This document shows, one piece after another, positions 28,449-42,244 of a stretch of DNA of 64,000 nt. The position numbers were made by a program, and so were the translations under genes. Source of the stretch: Tubulanus polymorphus. Lineage: Eukaryota; Animalia; Nemertea. A model generated the notes under the pieces. The model was given only the letters and a program-made list of their open reading frames with translations, was not told where the DNA came from and searched no databases. How positions within the stretch are numbered: position 1 is the stretch's first letter; the number at the start of each line of letters is the position of its first letter. The DNA lies in contig NC_134025.1 in assembly GCF_964204645.1 (NCBI RefSeq), positions 25,214,299 to 25,278,298 of the forward strand, read 5' to 3'.

Positions 28449-30644
28449 TCACATTTCAAATGCAAGATAATCTTTCAATTTTGAAGGCAATGTCAATCGT
28501 GAAATATTAGCTTCAATATTTCCACAATTCGTATACATCTGCTGGCGTAGTTTGATTCTCACCAACGCTTGTAAACTCAGCGGTTCTTCCAACGCGACAT
28601 CTACAACCGCAGCTTGAGAATTGTTCACCAATTTCCTGACCTGATTAACGAGACCGCAATTTTTCAGCAATAATAAAACATCTTTTCCGAAGTCTTCGTC
28701 GCACAAAAATCCGAGATCAATACTAACATCAGGATCCAACAGTCCGCATAGTTTCTTTCCGACATGCGTACCTAAATACGGATTATGACGCCAAGAATTT
28801 ACGAGGATATTGAAATTTTCGATAATTCCTGGCAGTTCGGATTGCTTACCGAACTTAACGACCTTTTCGAAAACGATATCGATAAAGTTCATGTAATCGA
28901 GCGAAGTCCATCCGGTTTCAGCGTCGAGTGAGTGAATATCTTTCAGGACGCCGAGCATGTTCGATATTTCGCAAGGCGACGTATCGGGTACGCTGTCGAA
29001 TAAACACTTCACTAAAGGTAGTTCGAATTGACGCCACGCTTTTCCCGCGTATCCAAGATTGAAGAAATCGTAAACATCCGTGATTTCATTTACGTCCTGG
29101 TTAAATATACTGCCTAAGCTATTGTCGGCATTCTTCGTAGGTTCCACTGTGGTGAACCCATCCATGATGACGTGACTGAACTCGTAATGAAAACTTTCAC
29201 CTTCACGAAGCCCGGCTTCGATGATGAGTTTCATTATTTCTACTTGTCTCGATTGGTCGTAGTAATTATCGGCTTTCAAATGTTGGAAAGCGGCCAACAA
29301 CGGAGAATTGTAACCGAATAAATTGAAATCTTTTAAACACGGATCAGCACCTTTCGACAAGAGATACCTTACAACGTCTAAATCACCTTTTGAACACGCG
29401 TTAGATAACGGTGACTGCCCATGACAGTCTAACACATTGATTTTCGCTCCTAGTTCTAAGAGCGTACTGACAATCTGCAAGCTATTTCCTTTCAGTAGAG
29501 TTGCGAAATGTAAAGCAGTTTTCCGATTGCCATCGGCAAAGTTTACATCGACGCCGAGTTGTTGAATATAAAGTACGTTTTCTAATTTTCCACCGATAAC
29601 GGCCGAATGCATCAACGCTTTACCAGTCTGCGCTTTGGCTATCGAAACAATAGTTTGTGGCCAGTAACTTAGCAATAATTCCATCATATGTTTATCGGAA
29701 CTACGAGCGGCTACACTAAACACCGTAGATAACAAATTCATCATCTCTTCACCATCGATGAGCAATGACTCGAGTAGAATTCGAACGATTTCTAGATACC
29801 CGTTCTCAACCGCGTCGCGCACCAACGGAACGATATCAGTGGCCGTTTTCAAAGACTTCGATGGTAAGGCAACTTGAACGATACCTCGATGTCCTAATAT
29901 ACACGCCGTATACAGAAAATTCCTACACAGTTCTCCGGTAATGTTATTCACGAGGAAAACCTTCGCGACATCCGGTTTACACGACGGCCATTTCTGGCAC
30001 ATCAGTTTGATTTGCTCCGTCGGAACGATACCCTTCAGTTTATCATGCGTTAAGATGATTTTGCACAATTCAGCGTTACCAGTTCTATACGCGTGTAACA
30101 ATAATAAACTAAGCGTTGTACGTGGAAAATCGATAGGGTAAGAGCGTTCATTATCGGCTATGAAATGCGCTAAATCACTATTTTGTTGTTCAAATGCAGA
30201 TTTCAGGCACAGAGTCCAATGTAGATCGACTTCATATTCATCAAGAATTGTCAATACATTGATTTCATCATCAGATAATTTGTTAGATTTGCAGCGCATA
30301 ACGCATCGAATTTGATCGTCATGAAAAAGTTGATTTCCGACTGGTGGAACATAGTTCTCCACTAGGCTTAGATGGTTGAACAATAGTCTTAGCATTGACC
30401 AGTGTGATTGGTCAATTGCGAGATTGAGAAGTCTCGACCAATATTCATCATTTGCCGAAAATGATGCGTGCCGCAAAAATGATTCAACGATATCACAATT
30501 TCCTGATCGTACGGCAAAATAAGCCGCAGATTCGCAGTAAGAGTTCAATGGTCGACAGATATCGATTCCAGGCCGAGTTAACAGTTCCCGTACTTTCGTT
30601 ACATCAGATGCCTCCACGGCTAAATAAAGAGCTCCAAGATCCAT
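28449..30644 (-). CDS. Ankyrin-repeat and SOCS-box protein (ASB-like), 731 aa, single coding exon
   Basis: Ankyrin repeats (GVDVNFADGNRKTALHFA, GQSPLSNACSKGDLDVVRYLLSKGAD); C-terminal SOCS box PLSLQALVRIKLR...LPSKLKDYL. Confidence 0.9.
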   Translation of the reverse strand: MDLGALYLAVEASDVTKVRELLTRPGIDICRPLNSYCESAAYFAVRSGNCDIVESFLRHASFSANDEYWSRLLNLAIDQSHWSMLRLLFNHLSLVENYVPPVGNQLFHDDQIRCVMRCKSNKLSDDEINVLTILDEYEVDLHWTLCLKSAFEQQNSDLAHFIADNERSYPIDFPRTTLSLLLLHAYRTGNAELCKIILTHDKLKGIVPTEQIKLMCQKWPSCKPDVAKVFLVNNITGELCRNFLYTACILGHRGIVQVALPSKSLKTATDIVPLVRDAVENGYLEIVRILLESLLIDGEEMMNLLSTVFSVAARSSDKHMMELLLSYWPQTIVSIAKAQTGKALMHSAVIGGKLENVLYIQQLGVDVNFADGNRKTALHFATLLKGNSLQIVSTLLELGAKINVLDCHGQSPLSNACSKGDLDVVRYLLSKGADPCLKDFNLFGYNSPLLAAFQHLKADNYYDQSRQVEIMKLIIEAGLREGESFHYEFSHVIMDGFTTVEPTKNADNSLGSIFNQDVNEITDVYDFFNLGYAGKAWRQFELPLVKCLFDSVPDTSPCEISNMLGVLKDIHSLDAETGWTSLDYMNFIDIVFEKVVKFGKQSELPGIIENFNILVNSWRHNPYLGTHVGKKLCGLLDPDVSIDLGFLCDEDFGKDVLLLLKNCGLVNQVRKLVNNSQAAVVDVALEEPLSLQALVRIKLRQQMYTNCGNIEANISRLTLPSKLKDYLAFEM

Positions 30645-31052
30645 TTAGAATCTGAAATGAACATTGAAAGTAAAATAACTCGATTAGTTTAAGATCGTTT
30701 ACTTTCATTAATTAGTTGAACTAAAATCAACAATATTCATTCATTTCAAAATTACTTGCGAACAATCACAGAAAATAGAAACCAAGGGTGAAGAGAGCAA
30801 CATTTGTGAAATAGCTAACATTTATCAAGCAATCTATCACTTACTAATTAATTGAAAGCTTTTTAATTAAATGTTCAGATTTTTTTGGTGAGCTTTTACA
30901 TCGCAACGACCTTGAGAAATGTCGCGCGCAATAGAATGAGTTTTACCCTGCGTTCTACTAGTGGCGCTGAATGTTCCTATTTCTACTAGTACTACTGTCA
31001 TAGGCGATCAGGACACAGGACACAGAGCTCAACAGGGCAGAACTTCGAGGAG

Positions 31053-34000
31053 ATGGGGCGTAAAGTAACTTTAGCAACATGTTCACTGAACCAGTGGGCT
31101 ATGGACTTTGATGGAAATAAAAGAAGAATTCTGAAAAGTACTGAACAAACAACAAAAGTTTATATCTTTTACCCTCCAGCCCGGCTGAAGTGAATGAGTG
31201 AGAAAGCCACTTACAAAATTACTCATTGATTCACTCTTCGTCACCAATATTTACGCCTTAAAGATAACAACAAGAGCGTTGATATTGTCATATTTTTGGT
31301 ATTGTTTTATAGGCATCGAAGAAGCAAAATTGCAAGGTGCAGCATATCGATTGGGGCCCGAACTAGAAATTACGTAGGTTTGATCCTAGTTAGTTACCTG
31401 ATTAACTTTTCAGGAATCTGACCATTTTTGTACTTTATCTTAGTTTTTATTATCAGGCCTATTGTGGGATTCTCTATGCAATATTATCGCAACACGGATA
31501 CAGTTTTTTTATGAATGGTTAGCATACCTTGTCCCCTCCGACCTGGGCTGATTAAGGCATCATTCATTTATTACGTACGCATAAAATTTGAAATTTTCAA
31601 CCCCCTCTGTATGCAAAATCTACCATTTTTTCGTATACATTAAGCATTACAATACGCAATTGCACTGATCCCTCCCCATCCCCCCCTAATGTGACGTAAT
31701 AAATGAATGACCCCTAAGCTCTGTCGGTCAGGCCTCTGACACTTAATTAATGCTGCTATATTAATTTAGACATGTGGACCTCACTGATGTCAAGTCCTCA
31801 CTGATATGAGTTAAACTTGTTCATGTTTTATAGTGGATACAGTTGTGAAGATCACTTCTTCGAGAATGACACATTTTTCCATTCTTTCCAAGTTCTTGCC
31901 GATCTTGTTAAACACCCATTTTGCCAGGGAATCATGGTAGATGTTGGCATGTAAGCATCCATATTATTTTGGTACCCCAGAAATAAAACTTCTATGAAAT
32001 TTTCAAACACCTTCTATGGTTTCTACTTTATTTATTTATAGGCCTGTTATGCACAAGAATGTTGCCTACAATTGTCGAGTGATATTCTTAAATAAGTAAG
32101 TGTCTTCAGCATTGAAAAATTGAACCTTTTATAAAGCAGAATGTTTGGATTTTTTATGTTCTTTTTGTTACAGAAAGATTTTGCTGATCCGTCCAAAACT
32201 TGCATTAGCAGATGCCGGTAACTATCGAGAGCCACGATGGTTCTGCGGTTGGCAGAAGAGAAAACAGATTGAAGATTTTTATCTTCCCAGAATGATTCAA
32301 GAAATCACTGGACAGGTTAAGTTGCCTTAGCGAAAGAATACAAAATCTTGACTTAGATTGAAAGAAATGTTCTAAACTAAATTTACCCTTGCAGAAAACA
32401 GTCCCATTTGGCGAAGCTGTAATAGCCACAATTGATACTTGTATAGGGGTGGAAACTTGTGAAGAACTTTTTATATCAAGAGGGTAGTACTATGCCTATT
32501 TCAAAGATTATATTGCGCTGTCAATCATTGTTATTTATTATGCTGTTAACGAATTCTGATATATGTTTTGAAATTACACATACAATTCCTCAAGTAATGA
32601 ATTGTGAAAATGTGTAATCCATAAATGAGCCGTGCCTGAATTGATGATGTGCTTTATTGGTGCAACCATCTTGTTCTGGTATATAAAAGGCTATAGCACC
32701 ATTTAACAGTTTTATTTCTATTCTAGTCCACATATTGATATGAGTGCTGATGGAGTTGAGATATTTACGAATGGTAGTGGCAGTCACCATCAACTTCGCA
32801 AACTCAATTATCGAATAGACACTATTACATCTGCTACTGTTAAGGTAGGCAAAATCAGAGATTTCTCCTAAAATATTCATATATTGATATAAGAAGGAAG
32901 AATTTTCGTATTTTCAGTGTGGAGGTATCTATATGTATGCTAACCAGAAGGGCTGTGATGGATCAAGGCTTTATTTTGATGGTTCCTCTAATATCGCGAT
33001 TAATGGTGAATTTGTGGCCCATGGATCGCAATTTTCACTCTCAGAAGTGGTAAATATACAATGCATCTCACATCCTTGTTTGCCAAAAAATGCATCCTTT
33101 GATAATTCATACCGTAATTTGATTTCACATTTTGCTTAGGAAGTTGTAACGGCTGTTGTTGACTTGGAGGATGTTCGAATGTATCGAAATTCAATGCGTG
33201 GACGATCTCTGGAAGTATGTTTGAACGAGTAATTGAATATGAATGAGTGTAGGCCTAGTTGAAATCAGTAGTGTCAGGTTGGAAAATTTGGATATCTGGT
33301 GCTAGTCATGAAAATTTAGTCAAAGAGATCAACATCAAATAAATCTCATTATGTTAATGTGGCTAAACGGTTTATAGGTCTATACTAGTAAGTAGAAAAT
33401 TTATTGTTTTTTTTTCAGGCAACAAAATCAGAGGCCTACCCACGCATCAGGGTTGAATATTCCTTGTCTAATGATGATGATATTGACTTAGCACCAACTG
33501 AGCCTATACAGTGGAACCTTCACACTGCGGAAGAAGAAATTGAGTGAGTAAATGAATGATTCTAGAACACCATCAAATCGTCTATGAAACAGTTAAAAGT
33601 TCAACTATAATGTTTCTTAGAATGGGACCTGCCTGTTGGCTTTGGGATTACATCAGAAGGAGTGGACAAGGCGGATACTTTCTACCACTAAGTGGAGGAA
33701 TCGATAGTTCTAGCTCTGCTTGTATTGTTTCTTCAATGTGTAGACTTGTTTGTGAAGCAGCGCGAAATGGAGGTAAATGATAATATAGTATTGTATTCAT
33801 ATGCCTTTACCTCAGATATGTGATATTGACACTTGAAGTTTTATTGATGATTTTGACTCTTTAGATGAAGATGTGATCGCTGATGCTCAGCGACTGGTTG
33901 GAGATGTGAACTACATTCCGACCGAACCTAAAGAACTAGCCAGTCAACTGTTCACTACTTGCTACATGGGGTCAGCAAATAGTTCCGAGGATACTCGTTC

Positions 34001-36214
34001 AAGAGCATCAGAATTAGCCGAGGAAATCGGTAGTTTTCATATGAACGTCAACATTGATTCGGCAGTGAAGGCAGTTATAGGAATATTTACATTAGCATTC
34101 AATGTTATGCCTAAGTTCAAAGCTCACGGTGGCGGATTACGGGAGAATCTAGCCTTACAGAATGTACAGGTACACTTAATGATTTCTTCGTTTGGCATGC
34201 TTCATATGTGAAGTAGTAAACTGTTCTATGATTTATCTTCTGTTTAGGCCAGAGTTAGAATGATTTTAGCATACCTGTTCGCCCAATTGACATTATGGGC
34301 AAGAGGAAGAGCTGGTGGACTTTTAGTGCTTGGATCTGCGAATGTTGATGAAGGGTATGTAAGTAGAGATTGGCACTATAACTCTTCATGTTGACAATGC
34401 TTAGCCCTAATTCATTATCTAATTGTTCTATGTTTTCAACAGTTTGAGGGGATACATGACAAAATATGACTGTTCTAGTGCTGATATAAATCCTATCGGT
34501 GGCATTAGTAAGACGGATCTTCGAGCATTCATACATCATTGTATTGAGAAATTTGGATTCAAGTCTTTAGAAAGGTTACTTATTAAGTTACCATGTTTAT
34601 CTTTAATTTTGATAGATTCCGATGAAGAAGCTTTTAAATTTCTTAGGTATATGTTTTAGGATATTTGCAGCAACTCCTTCAGCTGAACTAGAACCTCTTG
34701 TTCAAGGACAGGTTGCTCAAACTGATGAAGTAAGTTTATGCTGCCCTCTAGTAAGCAATTTGATAACTATTTTCTCTAGCAGACAAATCACTTACTGGTT
34801 TGTGAAAATTTTGTCAATTTACCACTGTATTTTTATATATCATGAATTAGGATGACATGGGTATGACTTATGAGGAACTTTCAACTTACGGGCGCTTGAG
34901 AAAACAAGCCTGCTGTGGACCCTACAGTATGTTCTGTAAACTCATTCATAAATGGAAACAATTTTCTCCGAAAGAGGTGATTACATGTCGTTAAATAACA
35001 TCAATTTGTTCAAGTTTTTATCCACAAATTTGTAGTCCAAATTAAAAGCAAAAAAATTTCTATTGGTTTGTATTGTTGTTAGGAAAATCTGGTCCTAATC
35101 AGACGCAACACTATCCCGCCACCCCCTCCCATCGCCAAAGTATGTCAGACTGAAGCTAAAAATCAATGGTGACAGATGCCACCGTCATTTTAGATAGAAA
35201 CATTTCACTGAATTAACTTTCGTTTTTGAAATTGGGTACTGAATTTGTATTGGAAATACTGTATGATCTGGCCTGATGCCAGTAACTGATGCTATATCTG
35301 ATTTTATGAATGAAATTTACCAAGACAGGTGTCCAAATCTGAAGCTAAAATTGTCAGTCAATGGGTATATGCTGTAAACAATGATTGGTTCACCCATAAA
35401 AACTGGTATATTTTTGTTTTCTTCAACAGGTGGCGGAGAAAGTCAAGTTTTTCTTCCGAAATTACTCGATTAATCGACATAAAATGACGACGATAACTCC
35501 GGCTTATCATGCCGAATCCTACAGTCCGGATGATAACAGATTTGATCTACGTCAGTTTTTATATAACGTTCGTTGGCCCTGGCAATTCAGAGAGATCGAT
35601 GCCGTGGTACGTTATATCCACAACAAACCCCAGAATTATCGACAAAAAAATCAAAAGCTTGAATGAGAGAAAATGAGTCGTTCTCTGGAAAATTAATTTT
35701 GCCCGATATTTGAAATTTTGAAAATGTATTATGACAACATTCGTCAACAATGAAATTAACGATTTAATAATTATATTTGATCAGATTTGTGAAAGAGAAA
35801 TGATGTTCTATCTTTCTCTTACAGGTCACTAAATTAGAGAATAAAGAGAAAACCACTACGCGTGGATATGTGAAAGAAACAAATATTGAACTCGCTCGAA
35901 AAATGTCACAGCAAAACAATGCGAGCACTGCCGCTCAACAATCGAACCCGACTTCACAAACCTCTATGTCTACGAAGAATTCAGAACCCGTTGGGGTTTT
36001 AGTCGCCAAAGATTTGGCTCTCAAGGAAAATTTGAAACCGCATAAGACAGACAATCAATTCATAAACAATTTCACCACCCGTGGCAGCATGGACAACAAT
36101 ACCTCTATCGAAACTATGGATATGGATGATGCAAACCATGGACTCGAACCTTTACTCGATGCTCCTCGGATTGAAACTTCAAAACGAAGGAAAATGACTT
36201 ATGCGTTCGTTTGA
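31053..36214 (+). CDS. NADSYN1: Glutamine-dependent NAD+ synthetase, multi-exon, with an extended last exon 35825-36214
   Basis: [19 protein letters not shown]; RLGPELEI; nitrilase-family GVETCEEL; [10 protein letters not shown]; [11 protein letters not shown]; [17 protein letters not shown]; [15 protein letters not shown]. Confidence 0.96.
31556..31714. mobile_element. PIF/Harbinger-type MITE in an NADSYN1 intron
   Basis: TIRs GGCATCATTCATTTATTACGT and ACGTAATAAATGAATGACCCC (19/21 match); TAA on both flanks. Confidence 0.8.
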
Positions 36215-37954
36215 TCAAAGGATTCGTTCAATTTCGAGTCCATGGTTGGATTTATGAAGTATTTTGTACTTCAACGTTATACGCTGATCGATTATATTTG
36301 CAGCAGTCAATTATCGAATGAAACCATGTGGTTCAGATTTCTTTTCTTATTGTGTGACATATGTTTATGTTTGTGGGAACATGTGGTAGAGGAGATTCTG
36401 AAAAATCGTTATATTTACAGATTTAGTGTTTAGCATATATGCCAGTATACAGAATTTTTGGTATTAGACTTTTTGTAGATTCAGATTTGTGATTTTCATC
36501 GGAAAACTTGTATTTATACCATCTATAATGTATGAATAAAATTGCGATAAAACATATTATATAAGTTGTATTTTTATTTGCAACCATGGAAGCGGATTCA
36601 TGAAAATTGGAAGTCCAGGGTCCGATTGAAAGAAAAGGCATTACTCTTGATAAAACAACCATGTCAAAGGCCACAAGCGGGGTCCCACCCTAAAAAGATG
36701 CAAATTCCAAGCATGAGTATCAAATTTGCAGGTTTTAACTACATCCGTTTTGACGAAAAGGGTAAACTCTGAGACCGCCCCCTAAATCTGCCCCTATAAA
36801 TAGGTAAACAACATCCTGAGGACTGATGGACCGCGGACTGCGGGTCCAAAAACTAATTGGTACAACTACAGTGTTGTCACATATGTTGCGGATTTACATA
36901 GAACAACCTATCTACATAGATATAACATTCAGCTGTTTTCATTTTAAGCTGATGCTTACATTAGAAATCACAGTCCGCTAACAACAAGTTCAGAGGCGTA
37001 TCTAAACTACGTATTTCGATTAGGAGAGACCGAAAATCTAATTTTGATGACTTGGGAAGAGTCTTCCATTTTACCATAAATCACCCTAAGCTGTCGATAC
37101 ATTTTTAATATGCTGTAATCTCAAATGGAAATTTCTCTTTCCTGAACAGTAAGTCTCTTCACCTTACTGCTATTTGCCCTTGCGTTTCGTTTTCCACACC
37201 AAAAACAACGCAAGTGTGACGGGTTTCAGACTGAGGTCAACGATTCAACCTCATATATCTAATCTGTTATGGTTTTTATTATCTTTTGATAAAAACTTAA
37301 CACAATTATCTATGGTTCGATAAACATGTTTTTGTCTAGGCTACATTAACCATCAAAACAAAATTATCGAAGAAACGTTATCACGGTCTATGAATTGTCT
37401 ACAAATTAATATCCTAGTTAATCTATAATACCGAATGCGTACGAGGATCTTCTACACGATGTAACCGTACACCTCTACCTGGGGCAATTGTCTGCATCAT
37501 CAAAGGAAAGTTCTTGCGCAGTAAAAATTCGAGTAAGTTTCATCGAAAAGATGATACCTCTGTAAGTTCAAGAAAGGTTCTTCCAAGGGCAAAGATGTCT
37601 TACGTATATATCGAAGTTGTATTGTATAACGCGATGAAAAAAATCTTGATAGTCAACAAGTGCCAGTTTTGCTACAAACCCAGCATGCCTTATTCTCAGG
37701 CTATGGTAAATAATACCTTAAAAAACTCCGCCGTAATTCTTTTCTCAAGGCTGTATTGTATGTAACGACTCGAAAATACTGCCATTTTATCGATTCTAAG
37801 AAAACGATTGTTGAGTGATATTGTTATGAATATAAATAATGACGTAAAAACAGGTTTTCAACATAAGAAAGTGGTAGGCAGGTTTACACTGCTGGAAAAA
37901 CTTGCTAATGCTGGCCGGGTAAATTGTAGTTAGTTTCAATCGTTGGACAATGAT

Positions 37955-38030
37955 AAGCTTATATAATCGGATGGCCTTGTGGTTTGCGAATATCCGATCA
38001 TGAAACTTAAGTACAGAGACAGCTTGACTA
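37955..38030 (+). repeat. Short dispersed repeat, copy 1 (related copy at ~63048-63143)
   Basis: TATAATCGGATGGC..TGTGGTTTG.GAA..ATAT.CGATC.TGAAACT..ACAG..TGACTA is shared by both loci. Confidence 0.6.
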
Positions 38031-40847
38031 CAGGGTAAATGCAGAAGACCATATTCAGTAAATACAGCATTTTGTCCTAGCCACTAAAGAATTGTTATTG
38101 CTGAACTGTATTTTTTCATTCTAAAATATTTCTAGCCCATGCGACCAAAACTTATTACTTGATATATACGTTAATAGCACACAGTTGATATAAATCGGTA
38201 GATCACACATGGAGGGCTGTTTATGATAATATATATGCCAAATACATGATAAATCAGGCCTCTTTTGGGCTTATTGATTCTAGATTTATGGGGGACTACA
38301 CATAACTCAGTCCATTGTCATATGGTCCACATCTAAACATACAAATTGACAGCAATTTTATTTGCTGTGTGTGTATACTGTACTTCGTACTACAAAGATA
38401 CAATAAAATGAAATGAAATGTAAACATCCAGGCTGGTATATATACATATAGCTGTAGGAAATTTAAGCGTTTTGATCAATGACTGCAACAGCTGATATAA
38501 CACGCAGTCTCGTTATTACAATAATCAGCTCAGATTATCAGCTGCAACAGATTTTCGTTGGAGTTGGTACTGCCACACTGGTAATTGACCCCAAGATGGA
38601 TAAAACCTCTTTAGTCAATCATGCCTATCCACCTGAGGAGTCAATCCAAATTCAATACCGAGTGAAATATACATCCTCTCCTCCAGAAGCTCAACAAAAA
38701 TTCTTTGAATGACACTTATGACAACTTTGAAATAACGAAAACAATGAAATAGGGTTTTCAAAATATTTTTATTCCATTTGAAACTCAAATTTTGACAAGA
38801 GTTTCTGAAAGAACTCGCATCGCAAAAGAAACAGAGTTCTTTTCAACGTTCCACGTTTTGGAACCACCATTTCAACAAAATGGTATATTCATTTTCAGCA
38901 CCAAAGCGGGGCTTTAGTTTTGCACCATGTTAGTTACTGTAGTCTCCTGACCTACCTCGGACATATACGTGTTTAGACTCACTCACTTAAATTGGTTTGT
39001 TATTACATTATATTACAGACTTAGCCAGAAGTATCAGTGCAATCAACTAGCTAAATCATTAATCTAAATACATTATTTCAGGAGTATTTTGTGTACAAAT
39101 TCCATTGAAATAATAACACTACAGTGACAATACACATGTAATGTAAGGAAGACCCATCTTAAATATAATTTTCAGGGTTAACCTCACTCGACTGATTTTC
39201 AATGCCACAACTTCAATTTACAATGCAATAGCCTCAGTAAGAAATGAACTACTGTTTGAGATATAACATTACTACAACTACATATAAGGTAAAGTATATC
39301 ACATTGCGATCACATTTACAGGGAATGTGATTATTGCCTCATATTATTATTATGATTTTTCATTCAAAATAAAACATTCGGTAAATCAAGTAAGCGAATG
39401 AAAATAGAATAGGTGTGAAATATGATGCAATAGGTTACGAATACCAACTTAGCTTCGCTGTCACGGGTAAAACACAACATATTATGACAGTGAGTTAACA
39501 TGAAAGACACATTTTGATTCTAGAATCATAAGTACCTTCATTTAGCGATTAACAAAATACAAGTTAAAATGTGTAGTTAGCATTACCCCTGACTTTCATT
39601 CTTCATTATGAATTCATACGCAAGTGTAAATGCATGCACAATTTGAAAACTGTTAAATGCCCAAATTAGCTCAGATCGGAATCCCGCTTTTGGACCACAT
39701 ATATTTATCATTTTTCATTTCTTCATACTCGCACATGTTTACCGTATTTACAAAGAGATCCAATTTTGGGATGAAAAAGTACGGAGCATTTTTAATCATA
39801 GCATTACAACGTAATACTATCTTAATTATTGAAGATACATTTGAAATATCAAATTCATATCTTACAATCAGCATTCAAAAGTGAGGTTTTCATTTCCACC
39901 CCAGTGTACATTATAGTAAGCATAGTAAGCATAAGAGAAAGCAATTTCCCTTTGCCCTAGTTTACTTTAAGTGTATATAATCATTTGGATGACCAAAAGC
40001 ATGTATAACAAATTAATACAAATGGAATTGATGATCCAGCGAAGTAAATAATTGTGAAAAAAACTGAAATTTTTTTTAGAAACCAACTATTTCTAACAAA
40101 CAAACGATGATGAAGATAATGACGATGAAACGAATTGTGATGAGGAGATGTAATGATTATAATTGAGGTTATACCCATAGTTCCATTGTGAATAAGGGAA
40201 CATAACATGACAATAGTCAGACGGATGAAACTCTTTATTTCTCCGATCGAGAACTACTGAAATACTTTAAGACTAATATCATAATATGTTGAATACCCAT
40301 ACGTTTATATAATGAATATCTTCTAAATGCAAGAAGCACTTCCATCAGTTAGGACATAATAAATTGATCATTTTCTAGACAGCAGTTGACCTCGATGATG
40401 TTAACAAACAAAATCGGCCCCAAAATTTATATCAGATGTATTTAAAGATACGACAGATTTACAGCCGAATTCACCTAGCAATTTCAAGTACCTTCCAATC
40501 ATGTGTCTGTTTGACCTAGACACGAGTACACAGCCACTAGCGCTATCTCGTTGAACTTATGAATAAGAGTCTATATGTCCATTTAAGGCATATGCACATT
40601 CTCTTGTTTAGACACAGTGTTTAAGAGTCCTATCTCTTTCATGTTATCATGATCGGTCATCTATAATTTGAACTTTTCTCTGCGCAAATCGATGTCAATA
40701 ATGACACGCGCACGCGCGTCATCATTCTGATAAATATGCTTTTCTTGGTCATTCCGCGGTACTTGAAATATACACTCGTGCGACGACTCCGCGAGTCACT
40801 GCTGATCAGACGTATCACGAGAGTTCAGATCTTATCCGATGAGGAGT

Positions 40848-42244
40848 TTACGAATACATTACTTCACCACCCGTATTGCTATTGCTGTCGCTCGTGTAGT
40901 GCGACATGCCTCGTTTCAGTTGTTCGAAAAGAACGAACGTAAGTATGTTCCACGAACCGAGTCTCATGTAATTTGGGACAAATCTGCAAAAACAAAAGTG
41001 ACAATTATTATCAGACGACCACAAAATTGCTAGTCCTTAGTGCAGCGTAGTTTTTTTGTCGATAAACTATACTATTATCGGTCTCTATTTACCCTTTGTA
41101 AAAGGCTGCAAGACCGCCTTCTTTGAACATCTTAAGGGCACAATCAATAGCGCCGTTGTAGACTCCTGGTCCCGAATTCATAAATCTTGTCTTGACAACA
41201 TCTACTGGCGACGCAAAACACGTTGTAATGAAGCCGGCGCAGAATGCGGATGTGAAGTGACAAGGTAAAGTGTCGTGCATTAGGTTTCTGTGTAGAATGA
41301 ATTCTTTAACAAGATCGTAAGACACCAGTTCAGCTGCGTTAACAACTGCATTACGCGTGATGTTCGGGATCGCTCCTTAATGAACAGAAATAAACAAATT
41401 ACAGAAAACATATTTAAAGTATATCTCCAATAGGGACCAGTTGGGAAATCATCTATAAATATCGATATTCAAATATTTCAGCTACCTTTCCACAAGCCTT
41501 TGAGACCTTCCTTTTTGGCAATGCAACGATAGGCATCCATACATCCGGCGTAGCGTTGTTTTCCACCAGGCGCTTGGAATCGCACTTTTACGACATCGGT
41601 AGGTTGAGCGACCACGACTGCCAGGCCGCCAGTGGTAATACCTGCCGCGATTCTTAGTGGGATGTTAGTATGATGGGATGTTTCACCTGAAGTTAAGACG
41701 AGCACAGCATCAAGCACACAGTGTGGAGCATGTTCATCAGGCTTTCTGATCGAGAATTTGGTTGAACTTTTACAGAATTAAATTAAACTCACCTCCGAAC
41801 ACGCTTGAATATGCGCCTTTAACCGTATCATAAAGACCTATTCGAACTGAAGCAAAGCACATTTGCCTCTGAAGACCAGGTACGATACCATTATACAACG
41901 CAAAAAAGCCTTCTTCTTTCGCTATAGTGGCAATTGTACCTAACATGCCACGATATTTCACTTTGGCTGCTGCTGATTCAAGCGCGGCTGCACCATTCTC
42001 AACAGCTACATTGGACACACAGCCCTCTCCTTGGATCTGAAAAAGCAAGGAAATTTCGTTAGTTATACGATGCAAGCAATTCCATAAATATCTGTAAGCG
42101 TCTGTTATAAACACTAACCTGTAGACGAACTTTAGCAACGTCGAGGGGAAACGTAAATAAATCGGCAGTACTGGCAGCAATACCAGCACTGAAAAATTTC
42201 ACAGTTATGGTAGGCTCCTCAGTTAGAGGCTTGAATCCAACCAT
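40848..42244 (-). CDS. UCP2: Mitochondrial uncoupling protein (UCP2/3-like, SLC25), ~329 aa; exons 42244-42119, 42036-41793, 41686-41486, 41375-41093, 40983-40848
   Basis: [22 protein letters not shown]; [16 protein letters not shown]; [12 protein letters not shown]; [14 protein letters not shown]; [18 protein letters not shown]. Confidence 0.93.

Noticed and set aside
35240-35345. Intronic C/D-box snoRNA in NADSYN1
   Set aside because: Several CTGA motifs but no clean RTGATGA C box with a terminal stem
38479-38712. 77-aa ORF as a separate gene
   Set aside because: No recognisable motif or convincing splice context; a small gene or decayed element cannot be excluded
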